From an uncultured delta proteobacterium (GTDB lineage: Bacteria; Myxococcota; Myxococcia; Myxococcales; Anaeromyxobacteraceae): 64,000 nucleotides of DNA. The stretch spans positions 31,204 through 95,203 of the forward strand of contig CAWDHF010000004.1 in the NCBI GenBank assembly GCA_963802065.1, given 5' to 3'. This document shows positions 8,144-18,369 of the stretch, one piece after another. The notes under the pieces are model-generated. The model was given only the letters and a program-made list of their open reading frames with translations, was not told where the DNA came from and made no database searches. The position numbers and the translations under genes are program-made. How positions within the stretch are numbered: the first letter of the stretch is position 1; every line of letters begins with the position of its first letter.

Positions 8144-10450
8144 TCAGCCGAGCGCTTCCTGAAGGGCCTTCCTTATTGCGGCCGGGTCGGATTTGCCCTG
8201 GGTTTCGCGCATGACCGCTCCGAGAAGGAATGCGAGCAGCTTCTTCTCGCCGGCCCGGTAGCGCGCCACCTCCGACGCCTGGGCGGCGAGGACGCGGGCC
8301 ACGGCGCCGTCGATGGCGGCCCGGTCGTCCACCTTCTCGAGCCCGAGCTCGACCAGCCGGGCCCCCGGGTCACCCGGCCGCTCGACGAGGCTCGCGAGCA
8401 GCGCCTTGGCCCCCGCGCCCGTGGAGCGACCCGACTCAGCGAGCACGACGAAGCGGCCGAAGTCCCCGGGCTGCAGGGGAATCGCGGCGAGAGGCGCGTC
8501 GCCGGCGAGTCCGAGGAGCTCGTTCACGAGCCAGCGGGCGGTGGGGCCGGGAGGCGCTCCCGCCGCCAGGGCAGCATCGAACCAGGCGGCGGTGGCCGCA
8601 TCGGCGGAGAGGATCTCGGCCTGGCTGGGCGTGAGGCCCGGGGTGGCCGCCAGGCGGGCGTGGATCGCCGCCAGCGCGGGGTCGGCGGCGCGCTGCTCGG
8701 CCCGGACGTCCCCGCGCCCCTTCCTCGGGGGCGTCGCCTCGACGGGTTCCCGGGGGGACCGGGCCGGCCGCCTGGAAACCGGCGTGGCAGTCCTGGAGGC
8801 CCAGGTGTCCTTCAGCGTCATGGTCCGGTTCCAGGCCGGGGCGCCCGGCCCGGAGTCGACCGGGTCGACGAAGAAGTACCCCTCCCGGAGGAACTGCCAA
8901 TGGGTTCCCGGAGCCGCACCGGCCAGCGCCGGCTCGACTCGCGCCCCGGTCGCCGAGGAGAAGGATTCCGGGTTGAGCACGTCGAGGAAGTTCGCCGCCG
9001 CGTCGGGCTGCTCGACGGTGAACAGCCGGTCGTAGAGCCGGACCTCGGCGGGAACCGAGCGGGTCGCGTGGACCCAGTGGAGGGTGCCGAGGCCGCGCCG
9101 CGCACCGCCGCCGTCCCGGGAACCGGGGTCGTAGGTGCAGCGGACCTCCGCAACCTCGCCTCCGGGGCCGCGGACGACCTCGTCGCAGCGGACCACGAAC
9201 GCCCCGGCGAGCCGGACCTCGCGACCGGGTGCGAGCCGCTTCCAGTCGGCGGGAGGGTCGAGCGAGAAGTCGTCCCGCTCGACGAGCAGGTCCCGGCCGA
9301 AGGGAACGGCCCGTTTCCCGCCGCGTTCCGGTTCGGCAGGCCACCAGGGGAGGTCGAGATCCTCGTCCGGTCCGGACCAGTTCGTCAGCGTGAGCCGGAG
9401 CGGGTCGAGGACGGCCAGGGCTCGTGGCGAGCGGCGCTCGAGGTCACCCCGGATGCAGAACTCGAGCTTCCCGATGTCGACCACGCTGTTGTTCTTCGCC
9501 ACCCCGATCAGATCGGCGAAGTCGCGCAGGGCGTCCGGGGTCACGCCGCGCCGGCGCATTCCGGCGATGGTGGGCATGCGGGGGTCGTCCCACCCCGAGA
9601 CCCGCTTCTCGTTCACGATCTGGAGGAGCTTCCGCTTCGACATCACGGTGTATCCGAGGGCCAGCCGCGCGAACTCGTACTGGCGGGGCCGGGGCTCCCA
9701 GGGTCCGGTGTGGTCGAGCACCCAGTCGTACAGTTCACGGTTCGACTCGAACTCGAGCGTGCAGATGGAGTGGGTGACCCCCTCGATGGCGTCCTCGAGC
9801 GGGTGGGCCCAGTCGTACATGGGGTAGATGCACCAGGCGTCTCCGGTGCGGTGGTGGTGCGCGTGGCGGATCCGGTAGAGAAGCGGATCCCGCATGATCA
9901 CGTTGGGATGCGCCATGTCGATCCGCGCGCGGAGCACGGCGGCTCCGTCGGGGAGCTCCCCGGCGCGCATCCGGCGCAGGAGGTCGAGGTTCTCGGACGG
10001 GGACCGGTCGCGGAAGGGGCTCGCCGTTCCAGGGCGCTCGAAGCTGCCCCGCTGCTCGCGGATCGCCTCCTGGGACTGGCTGTCGACGTAGGCCCTGCCG
10101 TCCAGGACGAGCTTCTCGGCGCAGGCGTACATCTTCCCGAAGTAGTCGGAGGCGAAGTGGAGGTTGTCGCCCCAATCGCACCCCAGCCACCGGACGTCGT
10201 TCTCGATCGACTCGACGTACTCGGTGTCCTCGGTGGTGGGATTCGTGTCGTCGAAGCGGAGGTGGGCGCGCCCCCCGTATCGGGCGGCGAGCCCGAAGTT
10301 GAGGAGGATCGACTTCGCGTGCCCGATGTGGAGGAAGCCGTTCGGCTCGGGAGGGAAGCGGGTGACGACGGGGCCGTGCACCCGGCCCGCCGCCAGGTCG
10401 GCGTCGACGATGTCGGTGAGGAAGTTCCCTGGACGGGCCGATTCTGCCAT
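8144..10450 (-). CDS. glnS: glutamine--tRNA ligase fused to a C-terminal GatB/YqeY-like domain
   Basis: MAESARPGNFLTDIVDADL...RFPPEPNGFLHIGHAKS (HIGH) and VMSKRKL (KMSKS). Catalytic and anticodon-binding parts are collinear with class I GlnRS. The last ~210 aa (...WLVNELLGL...AGAKALLASL...YRAGEKKLLAFLLGAVMRETQGKSDPAAIRKAL) match the GatB_YqeY pattern. Confidence 0.9.
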   Translation of the reverse strand: MAESARPGNFLTDIVDADLAAGRVHGPVVTRFPPEPNGFLHIGHAKSILLNFGLAARYGGRAHLRFDDTNPTTEDTEYVESIENDVRWLGCDWGDNLHFASDYFGKMYACAEKLVLDGRAYVDSQSQEAIREQRGSFERPGTASPFRDRSPSENLDLLRRMRAGELPDGAAVLRARIDMAHPNVIMRDPLLYRIRHAHHHRTGDAWCIYPMYDWAHPLEDAIEGVTHSICTLEFESNRELYDWVLDHTGPWEPRPRQYEFARLALGYTVMSKRKLLQIVNEKRVSGWDDPRMPTIAGMRRRGVTPDALRDFADLIGVAKNNSVVDIGKLEFCIRGDLERRSPRALAVLDPLRLTLTNWSGPDEDLDLPWWPAEPERGGKRAVPFGRDLLVERDDFSLDPPADWKRLAPGREVRLAGAFVVRCDEVVRGPGGEVAEVRCTYDPGSRDGGGARRGLGTLHWVHATRSVPAEVRLYDRLFTVEQPDAAANFLDVLNPESFSSATGARVEPALAGAAPGTHWQFLREGYFFVDPVDSGPGAPAWNRTMTLKDTWASRTATPVSRRPARSPREPVEATPPRKGRGDVRAEQRAADPALAAIHARLAATPGLTPSQAEILSADAATAAWFDAALAAGAPPGPTARWLVNELLGLAGDAPLAAIPLQPGDFGRFVVLAESGRSTGAGAKALLASLVERPGDPGARLVELGLEKVDDRAAIDGAVARVLAAQASEVARYRAGEKKLLAFLLGAVMRETQGKSDPAAIRKALQEALG

Positions 10451-10515
10451 CAGGGGCGTGTACCGCAGCCCCGGACCGCTCGCAACTGCGCGGAAGGAGG
10501 GTATCCTTCGCCCCC

Positions 10516-10752
10516 ATGGAGGTCCTCCTCGACGGGTCGAGCCCCCTCCACTGGCTCGTGGTCGCGGTGCTCGCGGTGTCGGGCGCCCTGACGGCCTGGA
10601 TGGGTTTCCGCGACGGATTCGTGAGGGGCGTCGTCCGCACCAACTCGGGACCGCTGACCGGCTGGAAGGCGGTCGCTGCCGGGGCGCTATACGCCGCGTT
10701 CGGGCTCGCCGGGGTCGCGGGCGCGATCTTCTTCGTCCTCCGGGCCCGTTAG
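10516..10752 (+). CDS. small membrane protein (2 predicted TM helices), hypothetical
   Basis: 78-aa ORF with very high GC3 and two hydrophobic helices. Its 3' end overlaps the convergent DTW gene by 66 nt, so one of the two ends may be wrong. Confidence 0.5.
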   Translation: MEVLLDGSSPLHWLVVAVLAVSGALTAWMGFRDGFVRGVVRTNSGPLTGWKAVAAGALYAAFGLAGVAGAIFFVLRAR

Positions 10753-11367
10753 GGGCCCGTGCCGCCAGGCCTCGCCCCGGTGGCGCGGGCTGCGCCTGTC
10801 GCCGCGGGAGCAGGCGAGTTGCAGGGCGACGCTCCGCTGGAACGCCGCGATCATCGGGGCGAAGCGCTCCGGGGCGGTTTCCAGATCCCCCAGGGCGAGC
10901 GCGACGGCCTCCAGGGTCGACAGGTGGACCGCGCCGGGTTCGGCCCGCAGCCCTCCGTACCCGCTGGGGCGCCCTGCGTCGACCGAGATGCGTGGAAGGG
11001 CCGCCAGCGACGGGGAGAGGCGGAGCATCTTCTCGGACTGGTGCCAGGTGCCATCCACCGCGAACAGGACCGGAGGGGGATGCGGAGCGAGCTCCCGGGC
11101 CGGCGTGGAGCCCGGGCCAGGGTAGAGGATGGCGGCGCCGGGCAAGGCGGCCAGCTCCCTCACCCGGGGCGATGCCTCGAAGGAGACTCCCTGGTGCAGC
11201 TCGGCATTCTCCAGGGCGAGGCGGGTCAGCCAGGCCGAGCAGATGGCCAGGCGCGCCTCCCGGGGGTGCTGCAGGAGGACCACCCGGGTCCGGGAGGCAG
11301 CGGGCGTGAGCCCTTCGCAGACGCAGAACTCGGCGGGGCGCAGGCAACGGCTGCAGCTCGCGCGCAT
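10687..11367 (-). CDS. DTW-domain protein (tRNA-uridine aminocarboxypropyltransferase family, TapT/TuaA-like)
   Basis: MRASCSRCLRPAEFCVCE (CxxC...CxC zinc motif) followed by FAVDGTWHQS (DTW motif). The upstream 152 codons of the listed ORF are antisense to the lysine-rich gene and are rejected. Confidence 0.75.
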   Translation of the reverse strand: MRASCSRCLRPAEFCVCEGLTPAASRTRVVLLQHPREARLAICSAWLTRLALENAELHQGVSFEASPRVRELAALPGAAILYPGPGSTPARELAPHPPPVLFAVDGTWHQSEKMLRLSPSLAALPRISVDAGRPSGYGGLRAEPGAVHLSTLEAVALALGDLETAPERFAPMIAAFQRSVALQLACSRGDRRSPRHRGEAWRHGPLTGPEDEEDRARDPGEPERGV

Positions 11368-11521
11368 GCCGGCAGCACTACCCGGTCGGCGGGGCCGAGG
11401 CAAGGCGTCCGGGGGTCCTGGACGGGGACGAACACCCCGCCCTGTTGCAGTTCCCGTCGCGGGTGCGTAAACCATTGCTCGTGCCAGGTTTCGGGCCAGA
11501 ACGGATTCCGGGAGGATCGAC

Positions 11522-11920
11522 ATGAACGGGGAGCAGGAGAGCACGACGCAGCCGACGCTCGGCGAGACGGCGGTGGCGAAGTACGAGGAGGGCAAGGCCG
11601 TCGTCGAGAAGGAGGCGGCGGTGGTCGCGGCCGAGTTCGACGCCGGCATGAAGAAGGTGAAGGCCGCGCAGAAGAAGGCCAAGGCAGAGGTCAAGAAGGA
11701 CATCCGGAAGGTGAAGGCCGGCGTGAAGAAGGCCCAGGCCAAGGCGAAGAAGTTCGTCGCCACCGTGAAGAAGACGGCCAGGACCGAGGTCAAGAGGGTG
11801 AAGGCGGCCGCCAGGGCCCTCACCGGGAAGCCGGCGAGGAAGGTCGCGAAGAAGCCCGTCAGGAAGGTCGCGAAGAAGCCGGTGAAGAAGGCGGCCAGGA
11901 AGGCCGGAAAGCGGAAGTAG
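11522..11920 (+). CDS. lysine/alanine-rich histone H1-like (nucleoid-associated) protein
   Basis: 132 aa. The C-terminal two thirds are KKxKA/AKKPVRKVAKKP repeats. GGGAGGA Shine-Dalgarno sequence a few nt upstream of the ATG. Confidence 0.7.
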   Translation: MNGEQESTTQPTLGETAVAKYEEGKAVVEKEAAVVAAEFDAGMKKVKAAQKKAKAEVKKDIRKVKAGVKKAQAKAKKFVATVKKTARTEVKRVKAAARALTGKPARKVAKKPVRKVAKKPVKKAARKAGKRK

Positions 11921-11938
11921 GCCTCTTCCAGGGGTCCT

Positions 11939-11982
11939 GGGGCGCGTCGCCCGTGGCCACTGCCGCGGGGGGGTCGCGCCCC
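11939..11982 (+). terminator. candidate stem-loop terminator after the H1-like gene
   Basis: GGGGCGCG (11939-11946) pairs with CGCGCCCC (11975-11982), followed by TTCCGTTC. Long loop and weak U-tract. Confidence 0.3.
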
Positions 11983-12046
11983 TTCCGTTCAAGCCCCGCG
12001 TGGAACCCGTGGACGGGTCGCGCGAGTTCTGCTTTCCTTCCGGGTC

Positions 12047-13666
12047 ATGGCCACCCCCGACTTCAAGTACCAGGACCCGTTCCCGCTCTCGAAGGACCAG
12101 ACCCCCTACCGCTCGCTCGGCAAGGAAGGCGTCTCGGTGACGACCTTCGAGGGCAAGGAGATGCTCAAGGTCGAGCCGTCGGCGCTCGAGCGGCTGTCGC
12201 ACGCCGCGATGCGCGAGCTCTCCTTCTTCCTCCGCCCCGCGCACAACGAGCAGGTGGCGAAGATCCTCGCAGACCCGGAGTCCTCCCCGAACGACCGCGG
12301 CGTGGCGCTCGCCTTCCTGCGCAACGCGGAGATCGCGGCGCAGGGCGACCTCCCCATCTGCCAGGACACCGGCACCGCCACCGTGGTGGGCAAGAAGGGG
12401 CAGCAGGTCTGGACCGGGGCTCGTGACGAGGAGTGGATCTCCAAGGGGGTCTACCGCACCTACACCGAGGAGAACCTGCGCTACTCCCAGACCGTCCCGC
12501 TCACGATGTACGAGGAGGTCAACACCGGCACGAACCTGCCGGCCCAGATCGACCTCTACGCGACCGAGGGAGACGAGTACAAGTTCCTCTTCGTCGCCAA
12601 GGGCGGCGGCTCGGCCAACAAGACGCTGCTCTGGCAGGAGACGAAGGCGCTGCTCACGCCGGAGAAGCTCGAGAAGTTCCTGGTCGACAAGATGAAGTAC
12701 CTCGGCACCGCCGCCTGTCCGCCGTACCACATCGCCGTGGTGGTGGGCGGCACCTCCGCCGAGACGAACCTCAAGGTCGTGAAGCTCGCGTCCACCAAGT
12801 ACTACGACGGGCTGCCCACCGAGGGAAACAAGCACGGGCAGGCGTTCCGCGACCTCGAGCTGGAGAAGCGGCTCCTCGATGCGGCGCACAAGCTGGGCAT
12901 CGGCGCCCAGTTCGGGGGGAAGTACTTCGCGCACGACGTCCGGGTGGTGAGGCTGCCCCGCCACGGGGCCTCGTGCCCGGTGGGCATGGGCGTCTCCTGC
13001 TCCGCCGACCGAAACGTGAAGGCCAAGATCACCCGCGAAGGGCTCTTCATCGAGGAGCTCGACCGGAACCCGGGGCGGCTCATCCCGGAGGCGTACCGGG
13101 GCAAGCACGGACACGGGGTGAAGATCGACCTCAACCGTCCCATGAAGGAGATCGTGGCCGAGCTGTCGAGGCACCCGGTCTCGACGCCCCTGCTCCTCAC
13201 CGGCACCGTGGTGGTGGCCCGGGACATCGCCCACGCCAAGTTCAAGGAGCTCATCGACGCGGGGAAGGGCGTCCCCGAGTACCTCAAGAACCACCCCGTC
13301 TACTACGCCGGCCCGGCCAAGACGCCGAAGGGCAAGCCCTCCGGCTCCTTCGGCCCGACCACCGCCGGCCGCATGGACTCCTACGTCGACCTCCTGCAGT
13401 CGCACGGCGGCTCGCTCGTCATGATCGCGAAGGGCAACCGCAGCCAGCAGGTCACCGACGCCTGCAAGAAGCACGGTGGATTCTACCTGGGCTCCATCGG
13501 CGGCCCGGCCGCGGTCCTGGCCGAGGAGAACATCAAGAAGGTCGAGTGCATCGACTTCCCCGAGCTGGGAATGGAAGCGGTCTGGAAGATCGAGGTGGTG
13601 GACTTCCCGGCCTTCATCCTCGTCGACGACAAGGGCACCGACTTCTACAAGAACCTCGGGATCTAG
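12047..13666 (+). CDS. fumA: fumarate hydratase, class I (Fe-S, FumA type)
   Basis: Near end-to-end collinearity with E. coli FumA as I recall it: [74 protein letters not shown]. Confidence 0.93.
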   Translation: MATPDFKYQDPFPLSKDQTPYRSLGKEGVSVTTFEGKEMLKVEPSALERLSHAAMRELSFFLRPAHNEQVAKILADPESSPNDRGVALAFLRNAEIAAQGDLPICQDTGTATVVGKKGQQVWTGARDEEWISKGVYRTYTEENLRYSQTVPLTMYEEVNTGTNLPAQIDLYATEGDEYKFLFVAKGGGSANKTLLWQETKALLTPEKLEKFLVDKMKYLGTAACPPYHIAVVVGGTSAETNLKVVKLASTKYYDGLPTEGNKHGQAFRDLELEKRLLDAAHKLGIGAQFGGKYFAHDVRVVRLPRHGASCPVGMGVSCSADRNVKAKITREGLFIEELDRNPGRLIPEAYRGKHGHGVKIDLNRPMKEIVAELSRHPVSTPLLLTGTVVVARDIAHAKFKELIDAGKGVPEYLKNHPVYYAGPAKTPKGKPSGSFGPTTAGRMDSYVDLLQSHGGSLVMIAKGNRSQQVTDACKKHGGFYLGSIGGPAAVLAEENIKKVECIDFPELGMEAVWKIEVVDFPAFILVDDKGTDFYKNLGI

Positions 13667-13727
13667 CGAGCAGCGTCGCATCCATTTGGGTCGTGTATAC
13701 TGGCGGGCCCTTTTCCCGAACCGCCGG

Positions 13728-15137
13728 ATGCACATGACCGAGCCTCGAACGCTGCTGCAGAAGATTCGGGATTCCCACGTCGTCGCGCAGGAGGAGGGCG
13801 CTCCCGCCGTCCTCTACATCGACCGGCACCTGGTCCACGAGGTGACCTCGCCGCAGGCCTTCACGGGCCTGCGGGCGCGGAAGCTCCGGGTCCGGCGCCC
13901 CGATCTCACCACCGCCACCGCGGACCACTCCATTCCCACCCGCGGGCCGGTCGTCGACGAGCAGGCCGCCGCGCAGCTCCGGCAGCTCGAGGCGAACTGC
14001 CGCGAGTTCGAGGTGCCGCTCCACGGCCGCGACAGCCCGACACAGGGAATCGTCCACGTGATGGGGCCGGAGCTGGGGCTCACCCAGCCGGGAATGACCA
14101 TCGTCTGCGGCGACAGCCACACCGCCACCCACGGCGCCTTCGGTGCGCTCGCCTTCGGCATCGGCACGAGCGAGGTGGAGCACGTGCTCGCCACCCAGTG
14201 CCTGCTCCAGCACCGCCCCCGCAACTACGAGGTCCGGGTCGACGGACGGCTCCCGGCGGGCGTCTCCGCCAAGGACGTGATCCTGGCCCTCATCGCCCGC
14301 ATCGGCGTGGGCGGCGGGACTGGCCACGTCTTCGAATTCACCGGCTCCGGAATGGGCGCCCTCGACATGGAGGAGCGCATGACGGTGTGCAACATGGCCA
14401 TCGAGGGTGGTGCGCGCGCCGGCCTGGTGGCGCCCGACGACACGACCTTCCAGTACCTGGCCGGGCGTCCGGCCGCGCCGATGGGAACGGCATGGGACCG
14501 CGCGCTGGCCCGCTGGCGCGCCCTCCCCAGCGATCCGGGCGCGCGCTTCGACCGGACCCTCTCCCTCGACGCCGCCGCGCTCGAACCCATGATCACCTTC
14601 GGGACCAACCCCGGAATGGGGATGGCCATCGGCGGCCGCATCCCGGAGCCCGGGGCGCTCTCCGACGCCTCGCAGCGGGCGGCGCTGGAGAAGGCGCTCG
14701 GCTACATGGGACTCCGGCCCGGCCAGCCCATCGCCGGCCAGGCCGTGCAGGTGGTGTTCATCGGAAGCTGCACCAACGGTCGCATCTCCGACCTGCGGGC
14801 CGCGGCCACGGTCCTTCGCGGGCGAAAGGTGGCCCCCGGCCTGCGGGTGCTCGTCGTCCCCGGTTCGCAGATGGTCAAGAGGCAGGCCGAGGCCGAGGGA
14901 CTGGACCGGGTCTTCGTCGAGGCCGGCGCCGAGTGGCGCAACCCTGGCTGCTCGATGTGCATCGCCATGAACGGTGACCAGCTCCAGCCGGGCGAGTACG
15001 CCGTCTCCACCTCGAATCGGAACTTCGAGGGGCGCCAGGGCAAGGGCGGCAGGACGTTGCTCGCCTCGCCTCTCACCGCCGCCGCGGCGGCCGTCACCGG
15101 CGTGGTCACCGACCCGCGCACGCTTCCCAGCGCCTGA
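13728..15137 (+). CDS. leuC: 3-isopropylmalate dehydratase large subunit
   Basis: [19 protein letters not shown]...[12 protein letters not shown]...CGDSHT...GSCTNGR...[10 protein letters not shown] aconitase-family motifs. Alternative start ATG 13734. Confidence 0.92.
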   Translation: MHMTEPRTLLQKIRDSHVVAQEEGAPAVLYIDRHLVHEVTSPQAFTGLRARKLRVRRPDLTTATADHSIPTRGPVVDEQAAAQLRQLEANCREFEVPLHGRDSPTQGIVHVMGPELGLTQPGMTIVCGDSHTATHGAFGALAFGIGTSEVEHVLATQCLLQHRPRNYEVRVDGRLPAGVSAKDVILALIARIGVGGGTGHVFEFTGSGMGALDMEERMTVCNMAIEGGARAGLVAPDDTTFQYLAGRPAAPMGTAWDRALARWRALPSDPGARFDRTLSLDAAALEPMITFGTNPGMGMAIGGRIPEPGALSDASQRAALEKALGYMGLRPGQPIAGQAVQVVFIGSCTNGRISDLRAAATVLRGRKVAPGLRVLVVPGSQMVKRQAEAEGLDRVFVEAGAEWRNPGCSMCIAMNGDQLQPGEYAVSTSNRNFEGRQGKGGRTLLASPLTAAAAAVTGVVTDPRTLPSA

Positions 15138-15148
15138 GGATCCCGGAC

Positions 15149-15745
15149 ATGGCCCAGTTCACCACGCTGACCTCCCGCGTCGTGGTCGTCCCCCAGAACG
15201 ACATCGACACCGACCAGATCATCCCGGCCCGGTTCCTCAAGACCACCGACAAGGCCGGGCTGGGATCGAGCCTCTTCGCCGACTGGCGCTACGGCCCGGA
15301 CGGCGCCCCGCGCCCGGAGTTCCCGCTCAACGCCCCCCGCGCGCAGGGGGCCCAGGTGCTGCTGGCCGGCGACAACTTCGGTTGCGGCAGCTCGCGCGAG
15401 CACGCGCCCTGGGCCCTGACCGGGTTCGGCTTCCGCGCGGTGGTGAGCACCTCGTTCGCCGACATCTTCCGGAACAACGCGCTGAAGAACGGGCTCGTGC
15501 CGGTGGCCGTCGACGCGGCGGCCCACGCCGCCCTGCTCGAGCAGCTGGCCCGGGATCCCGAGAGCGAGGTCACGGTCGACCTGGCCTCCCAGGCCTTCCG
15601 CCTCCCGGACGGCTCCACCGTGAAGTTCCCCATCGACCCGTTCGCCCGGACCTGCCTGCTCGAGGGGGTCGACGAGCTGGGCTACATCCTGCGCTTCGAG
15701 CCGCGCATCGCCGAGCACGAGCGGCTCGTCCGGGAGGGTCCGTGA
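15149..15745 (+). CDS. leuD: 3-isopropylmalate dehydratase small subunit
   Basis: [14 protein letters not shown] and [17 protein letters not shown] motifs. 198 aa. Confidence 0.92.
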   Translation: MAQFTTLTSRVVVVPQNDIDTDQIIPARFLKTTDKAGLGSSLFADWRYGPDGAPRPEFPLNAPRAQGAQVLLAGDNFGCGSSREHAPWALTGFGFRAVVSTSFADIFRNNALKNGLVPVAVDAAAHAALLEQLARDPESEVTVDLASQAFRLPDGSTVKFPIDPFARTCLLEGVDELGYILRFEPRIAEHERLVREGP

Positions 15746-17286
15746 TCCAGATCTACGACACCACGCTCCGCGACGGCACCCAGCGCGAGGGCATCTCCCT
15801 CTCCTGCGACGACAAGATCGTCATCGCGCAGCGGCTCGACGAGCTGGGCGTGACCTTCATCGAGGGTGGGTGGCCCGGCTCCAACCCCAAGGACGCCGAG
15901 TTCTTCGCGCGGGCGCGCGACCTTCCCTGGAAGACCGCCCGCATCGCGGCGTTCGGTTCCACCTGCCGGGTGGGGGGAGGGCCGGAGGACGACGCCAACA
16001 TCCGGGCGCTGGTCGATTCGGGGGCGCCGGTCTGCACCGTGGTCGGGAAGACGTGGACCCTGCACGTCACCGACGTTCTGCGTACGACCCTCGAGGAGAA
16101 CCTCCGCATCATCGAGCAGAGCCTTCGCCACCTCGTGGCCCAGGGGCGGCGCGTGATCTACGACGCCGAGCACTTCTTCGACGGCTACCGGGCCGACCCG
16201 GGCTACGCGCTGGCGACCCTGGAGGCGGCCGCCCGGGGCGGGGCCGAGACGCTGGTGCTCTGCGACACCAACGGCGGCTCGCTCCCGTGGCAGATCGCCG
16301 ACGTGGTGCGGACGGTGAAGGGAAGGGTGGACCGGCCCCTCGGCATCCACGCCCACAACGACAGCGAGACCGCGGTGGCCAACTCGCTGGCGGCCGTCCA
16401 CGAGGGCGCCGTCCAGGTCCAGGGCACGGTGAACGGCTACGGGGAGCGCTGCGGGAACGCCAACCTGTGCTCCGTCATCCCGGCGCTCGAGGTGAAGCTC
16501 GGACTGGAATGCCTGCCGGCCGGGAGGCTGCACACGCTCACCGAGGTTTCCCGGTTCGTGGCAGAGCTGGCAAACCAGGCTCCCGACGACCACCAGCCCT
16601 ACGTGGGCAAGTCGGCCTTCGCCCACAAGGGCGGGATCCACGTGGCGGCCATGCGCCGCAACGAGGCCACCTACCAGCACGTCGATCCGGTGCTGGTGGG
16701 CAACCGGATGCGGGTGGTGGTCAGCGAGCTGTCGGGGCGGGGCAACCTGCTCTCCAAGGCCGAGGAGATGGGGATCGCCGGCGGGGACGTCGGCGGGGTG
16801 CTCGGCGAGATCAAGGACCTCGAGTCCAAGGGTTTCTCCTTCGAGGCCGCCGAGGCCTCGGTGGCCGTGCTCATGAAGCGGCAGGAGCCGGGCTACCGTC
16901 CCCCCTTCGAACTGGTCGACTTCCTCGTGAACGTCGAGCACCGCACCGGGCGGGGGATCTTCGCGGAGGCCATGGTCAAGGTGCGGGTCGACGGCGAGGT
17001 GCTGCACACCGCCGCCGAGGGGGACGGCCCGGTCGACGCCCTCGACGCCGCGCTCCGCAAGGCGCTCTCCCCGCGCTACCCCAGCGTCGGGAAGATGAAG
17101 CTCACCGACTACAAGGTCCGCATCCTCGACAGCGAGCGGGGCACGGGTGCGGTGACCCGCGTCCTCATCGACACGCACATGGGCGATCGGCGCTGGAGCA
17201 CCGTCGGCGCCTCCACCAACATCATCGAGGCCAGCTGGCGCGCGCTCAGCGACTCGGTCGAGTACGGGCTCACCGTCGCGGCCTGA
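15742..17286 (+). CDS. cimA: citramalate synthase / LeuA-related (TIGR00977-type) 2-alkylmalate synthase
   Basis: GTG 15742 overlaps the leuD TGA (GTGA). [16 protein letters not shown] and [16 protein letters not shown] motifs. C-terminal LeuA-dimer regulatory domain. 514 aa. Sits between leuD and leuB. Confidence 0.75.
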   Translation: MIQIYDTTLRDGTQREGISLSCDDKIVIAQRLDELGVTFIEGGWPGSNPKDAEFFARARDLPWKTARIAAFGSTCRVGGGPEDDANIRALVDSGAPVCTVVGKTWTLHVTDVLRTTLEENLRIIEQSLRHLVAQGRRVIYDAEHFFDGYRADPGYALATLEAAARGGAETLVLCDTNGGSLPWQIADVVRTVKGRVDRPLGIHAHNDSETAVANSLAAVHEGAVQVQGTVNGYGERCGNANLCSVIPALEVKLGLECLPAGRLHTLTEVSRFVAELANQAPDDHQPYVGKSAFAHKGGIHVAAMRRNEATYQHVDPVLVGNRMRVVVSELSGRGNLLSKAEEMGIAGGDVGGVLGEIKDLESKGFSFEAAEASVAVLMKRQEPGYRPPFELVDFLVNVEHRTGRGIFAEAMVKVRVDGEVLHTAAEGDGPVDALDAALRKALSPRYPSVGKMKLTDYKVRILDSERGTGAVTRVLIDTHMGDRRWSTVGASTNIIEASWRALSDSVEYGLTVAA

Positions 17287-17312
17287 CGGCGCGGCGCCCC
17301 CGGGGAGACGAC

Positions 17313-18369
17313 ATGAAGGCGACGATCGTGGTTCTGCCGGGCGACGGGATCGGTCCGGAGGTGACGGCCGAGGCCCTCCGGGTCCTGTCCGCCGTGGCCG
17401 CGAAGGGCGGGCACGAGTTCCGCATCGTGGAGCGGCTCATGGGGGGGTGTTCCATCGACGCCCATGGCGTGGCGCTCACGCCCGAGGTGCTGCGCGACTG
17501 CCAGGCGGCCGACGCGGTGCTGCTGGGCGCCGTGGGAGGGCCGAAGTGGGACGACCCGAAGGCCAAGGTCAGGCCGGAGCAGGGGCTGCTGGGCCTGCGC
17601 AAGGGGCTCGGCGTCTTCGCCAACCTGCGCCCGGTCCGGGTCCACCCGGCGCTGGTGGACGCATCACCGCTCAAGGCCGACCGGCTGGCGGGCGTCGACA
17701 TCCTGGTCATCCGGGAGCTCACGGGTGGGCTCTACTTCGGCGAGCCCAAGGGGCGGCACCACAAGGACGGGCACGAGCACGCCGTCGACACCCTCGATTA
17801 CGCCGACTACGAGGTGCGGCGCGTGACCGAACTGGCTTTCCGGCTGGCCAAGGGGCGTCGCAGGAAGGTGACGTCCGTCGACAAGGCCAACGTCCTCGAG
17901 TCTTCCCGGCTGTGGCGCCAGGTGGCCACGGCGGTGGGTCTGGACAACCCCGACGTCGCCCTCGATCACATGCTGGTCGACACGGCCGCCATGCGGCTCG
18001 TCCAGGCCCCGGCCTCGTTCGACGTGCTCGTCACCGAGAACATGTTCGGGGACATCCTCACCGACGAGGCGGCCGTGCTGGCCGGGTCGATGGGCATGCT
18101 CCCCTCGGCGTCGCTGGGCGCCGGCGGGCCCGGGCTCTACGAGCCCATCCACGGCTCGGCTCCGGACATCGCGGGGAAGGGGATCGCGAACCCGCTGGGG
18201 ACCATCCTCTCGTCGGCCATGATGCTGCGCCACTCGCTCGGGCTGGAATCCGAGGCGGCTGCCGTGGAACGGGCGGCCGAGGCAGCCATCACCGAGGGTG
18301 CGCGTACGGCCGACCTGGGGGAAGCTCTCGACCCGGGCCATGGCCGACGAGGTGCTGCGGCGACTCTAG
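17313..18369 (+). CDS. leuB: 3-isopropylmalate dehydrogenase, with an apparent 1-nt frameshift 50 nt before the stop
   Basis: [17 protein letters not shown]...NLRP...[15 protein letters not shown]...[10 protein letters not shown]...[19 protein letters not shown]. After ...RTADLG (G-run 18317-18321) the canonical ending [15 protein letters not shown] continues in the +1 frame and stops at TAG 18367-18369. The unshifted frame runs 300 nt into the convergent pepF. Confidence 0.85.

Noticed and set aside
8099-10591. 830-aa plus-strand ORF and several 100-300-aa ORFs across glnS
   Set aside because: Antisense or out of frame relative to a full-length GlnRS. No recognisable motifs.
11368-11823. 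152-codon N-terminal extension of the DTW ORF (Phe/Ala-rich, looks like TM helices)
   Set aside because: It is the reverse complement of the Lys/Ala-rich H1-like gene (AAG/GCC becomes CTT/GGC and similar). The DTW protein has a proper ATG and CxxC N-terminus at 11367.
11378-13735. 785-aa minus-strand ORF opposite fumA
   Set aside because: Antisense shadow of class I fumarase. Low-complexity composition.
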